A stretch of DNA of 64,000 nucleotides from Macrostomum hystrix. Taxonomy: Eukaryota > Animalia > Platyhelminthes. Positions 61,046-64,000 of the stretch are shown in pieces. Position 1 is the first letter of the stretch. The number at the start of each line of letters is the position of its first letter. A program made the position numbers and the translations under genes. The stretch spans positions 18,104,001 to 18,168,000 of the forward strand of contig CATNEN010000039.1 of the NCBI GenBank assembly GCA_950097015.1, in the 5' to 3' direction. The notes under the pieces are model-generated. The model saw only the letters and a program-made list of their open reading frames with translations, made no database searches and was not told where the DNA came from.

Positions 61046-62804
61046 TTGTATTATCTACATTTAAAGTACGAAAGTTGTCCAGTTGCAAACATACAAGCAA
61101 GTAAGCGAGCATGTCCTCAGGTTTTTTCAAACCTGCACTCTGGTTAGGACAGAGTGAGGAATCAAAAGAGGGAATCGGAGTTTGAAGGGGCCGATAGCGA
61201 CCCGGAGTGACCCCGCCATTGCCGCCCACACGCACACACACACACACTTCTACACTTCCCAACAGTCTCTCTTCCGAGGCGTGTCCCTGGACGGTTCGCG
61301 CGTGCGCAAATGCTAATCCTATCCTATCTAAATAAGTCTCTCCCTGTACAAGCCGCCACTAAACCTACACATGGCAGCAGCACTCGCTAGCCAAGCTTAG
61401 ACTGGGTGGGTTAATGTTGGCCTTGTGTGTATATTTTCCGCCGTGGGAATTTGAGGGTGGTGGCAGCTTGAATTTAGTGGGTGGGTAGCTTTAGTTGGAC
61501 GGAGTTGGGGTGGGGTAGAAATTTGCGCTCAGCTGATTTTTCCAAACTGTACAAATTAGACTGGAATCTCTGGACGGCAGGGGTTTCCCCGGATTGAATG
61601 TACATATAGTTTCCTGACCCGGCCCGCACCCACCACCCCAATTGTCCCTGCCCGCACCCGCCACCCCGTTTGCACCCACCACCCCATCTGTCCGGGCCCG
61701 ACTTATTCTTGAAGCTCCAAGCCCCAAACCCCAGCTGACCCCTGGAGGTCAGATTGGGACAAGCGCGCTGCTAGAGTGTGAATGTGACTGAATTTGACTG
61801 AAGGGGGAAGAGATATTTAGACCTTTAACTCGTACCAAGCCAATAGACGAACAAGCCCGGGTCCGGAGGAGGGCTAGATTGAGGTGGCGCTCTGTGGTGA
61901 AACCGGATAAAAAGGCGACGCAAGCGGCGCAGCCACCCTCCCCGAAGTCGGATTCAGTTTTTGCACTGAAAATATGGTCTGCCGACACTTGAGCCTTAAG
62001 CCCGTAGCACTCTACTGGTGCTCTCCAGTGTACCGAGTGTTCTCCAGTCGGAGAACTGTAGTAAAGTGCCTATTGCACTCTGCATTAAATGTAGCTCCCC
62101 GTGCACTATATAACTTTCTGACTTGACGTGGGTTGGTGGTCATTCGGTGTCACTGTTGCGCTAAAATAAGTCGCTCCTGTCACCGGGTGGTCATTCATCC
62201 GCTGAATGCAGAACAATCAACGGCCCATTTTGCCCTGTCCGGTAATGAGTTTTTTAAACTGCCTTGGTTTTATTGCGTCAACTAATTGTGCATAACCTGT
62301 TGTATATCCAGAAGCTCCGACTACATAATGTCCCGAAATCTAACAGATACAGACTTGATGTAGTTCATGATGCAGAATCTTTTGTTGGACAAAGGTATTT
62401 TAACAAGGGGTGTACCAAATGCATTAGAGCTTATGGGATAGCTCGTAAAGTAGACCTTTCGTTGAGCATCTCGTTGTTATTCTGAGGTGGAAAAAATAGA
62501 TTAACTGTTTAAAAAGCGTGTTACTTAGATAGTTCGAAGCATTTTTAATAGATTTTCAATCAATCTTCGTGTTACCAGCGCAAAAAATGATCCCATTAAT
62601 AAATTGTAAGCTTTTTTATGAAGTCCAAATATATTTTTAGTTGTGCAGTTCACTGCTTGCTACTTACAGTAGAAAACTATACATTTAGGTGGATATTGGT
62701 TGTTTTTGTTTGGTTGTGATAAAAAGTGAATAATTTATTTGCTTTGCATCGACCCACCTTTACTAAATCCTAAATGCCGCTATAACTAAATTATTCAACA
62801 CAAT

Positions 62805-63160
62805 TCTCTACCTTACTGTCTCACTGCCTCCCTACCTCACCATCTGTCTCATTATCTACCTCACTGTCTGTCTCATTCTCAGCTTTAGTACCAGTTTCAT
62901 TGTCTGTCTCACTGCCCGCCTCATTATCTACCTCACTGCCTTTCTTACAATCTACCCCATAGCTTGTCTCATTATCTACCTCACTGCCTGCCTCATTCTC
63001 AGCCTTACTACCAGTTTCATTGTCTGTCTCACTGCCTGTCTCATTATCTACTTCATGGCTTGTCTCATTATCTACTGTACTGTCTGTGTCTTGTCTACCT
63101 CAAAGCCTGTCTCACAATCTACCCCACTGCCTGTCTAATTATCTACCTCATTGTCTGTCC
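62805..63160. repeat. Degenerate repeat (TCTCATTATCTACCTCACTGCCTG core)
   Basis: Recurrent degenerate units. Confidence 0.75.
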
Positions 63161-63463
63161 TAATACCCAGCTCAGTGTTCTATGTCCCTTAATTGTTGCT
63201 AGGCAACTTTAAGAAAGGTAAAAAAGAAGCTGAAACTTTAGAGGCAATCGAGGGGTACAACTGCTAATTGGTAAAACAGTTTTGTGGCTTTATTTTTTAT
63301 CGCAAAGCTCAGATAAAAAATCTAAATTTAAATTAGTGATTTAATTACCGGAACAGGAAAAAAAGTAATTAAACTTTTCAAAGATCTGGATATTGCACAG
63401 AATAATAGCAAACAGTGTTAACTATAAAAGTACATGTCACCAAGACACGGCGCAGGTTAGGAA

Positions 63464-63664
63464 TCAAAGCATCATGCAGCCTCCCTTCTCCTGGAAAGGA
63501 TTGTCTTTTTTAGACACAAATCCGGACACTAGAAAGTCCTTGTCCTTGTTGGAGTTCATGAAGCTGATCATGTCTTTGACGCACTCAGATACCGGCTTCC
63601 TACCCATGCTGGCCTCCGAGCGCAGCTGCTCAAGAATCTTCTTCTGCTGCGCGATGGAGGACAT
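63464..63664 (-). CDS. Heterotrimeric G-protein gamma subunit, 66 aa
   Basis: GGL-domain pattern LEQLRSEASMGRKPVSECVKDMISF..DFLVSG..KDNPFQEKGG with C-terminal CAAX box CMML; upstream acceptor TACACTAG near 63714. Confidence 0.95.
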   Translation of the reverse strand: MSSIAQQKKILEQLRSEASMGRKPVSECVKDMISFMNSNKDKDFLVSGFVSKKDNPFQEKGGCMML

Positions 63665-64000
63665 GTGTTTAGTGTTTCGACTGTGCTCGATCTTCTTCGA
63701 AAATCCTTGCCACCTAGTGTAAATTTATCCCCACACCAGTTAGCATCTCTGTACCATCTTTTCGCTCTCATGCCTGAATGCATGTACAGGCAAGTCCACC
63801 CACCCACCCGCTGTCTCAACTCTTTCCAATTTTCTTACCCGTGTGTACAACTGCAGCGCTATCGTCCTGATCCCATTGCTGCTGAAACATCGGGCAGAGG
63901 GACGAGAAAATTTTATTTCCCGAACGTCTCCCGCCTTCTCTATCTCCTCGCCTTGCCTGTATTTCCATCCTTAGGAGGAGAGAAAAAGAGAAGAGAAAGC

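Overview
This is intron-rich eukaryotic (metazoan) genomic DNA, not prokaryotic. GC-rich exons separated by many different 14-62 bp minisatellite arrays, together with AG acceptors just upstream of start codons, suggest a free-living flatworm such as Macrostomum (inference). I assembled nine gene models by hand with phase-consistent splice sites: PSMG4/PAC4-like (-), FIBP (-), RNF145-like RING E3 ligase (-), DNAJA3/Tid1 (+, head-to-head with RNF145), an N-acylated globin X-like globin (-), a small secreted orphan protein (+), a two-zinc-finger protein (+), a class I Rab11-FIP-like protein with an extra Sec5-like IPT/TIG domain (+), and a G-protein gamma subunit (-). Mobile DNA comprises a defective Tc1/mariner element, a non-autonomous Merlin element, two hAT MITEs, a MULE-like MITE, a probable solo LTR carrying three heat-shock elements, and two tRNA-derived SINE families, one with a CORE domain. 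Most long ORFs in the supplied track are translations of tandem repeats. The most notable observations are the C2-IPT-RBD Rab11-FIP architecture, the heat-shock-element LTR inside the Hsp40 gene, and a candidate trans-spliced RNF145-FIBP-PSMG4 operon. All homology calls are from recall of family sequences, not database searches.
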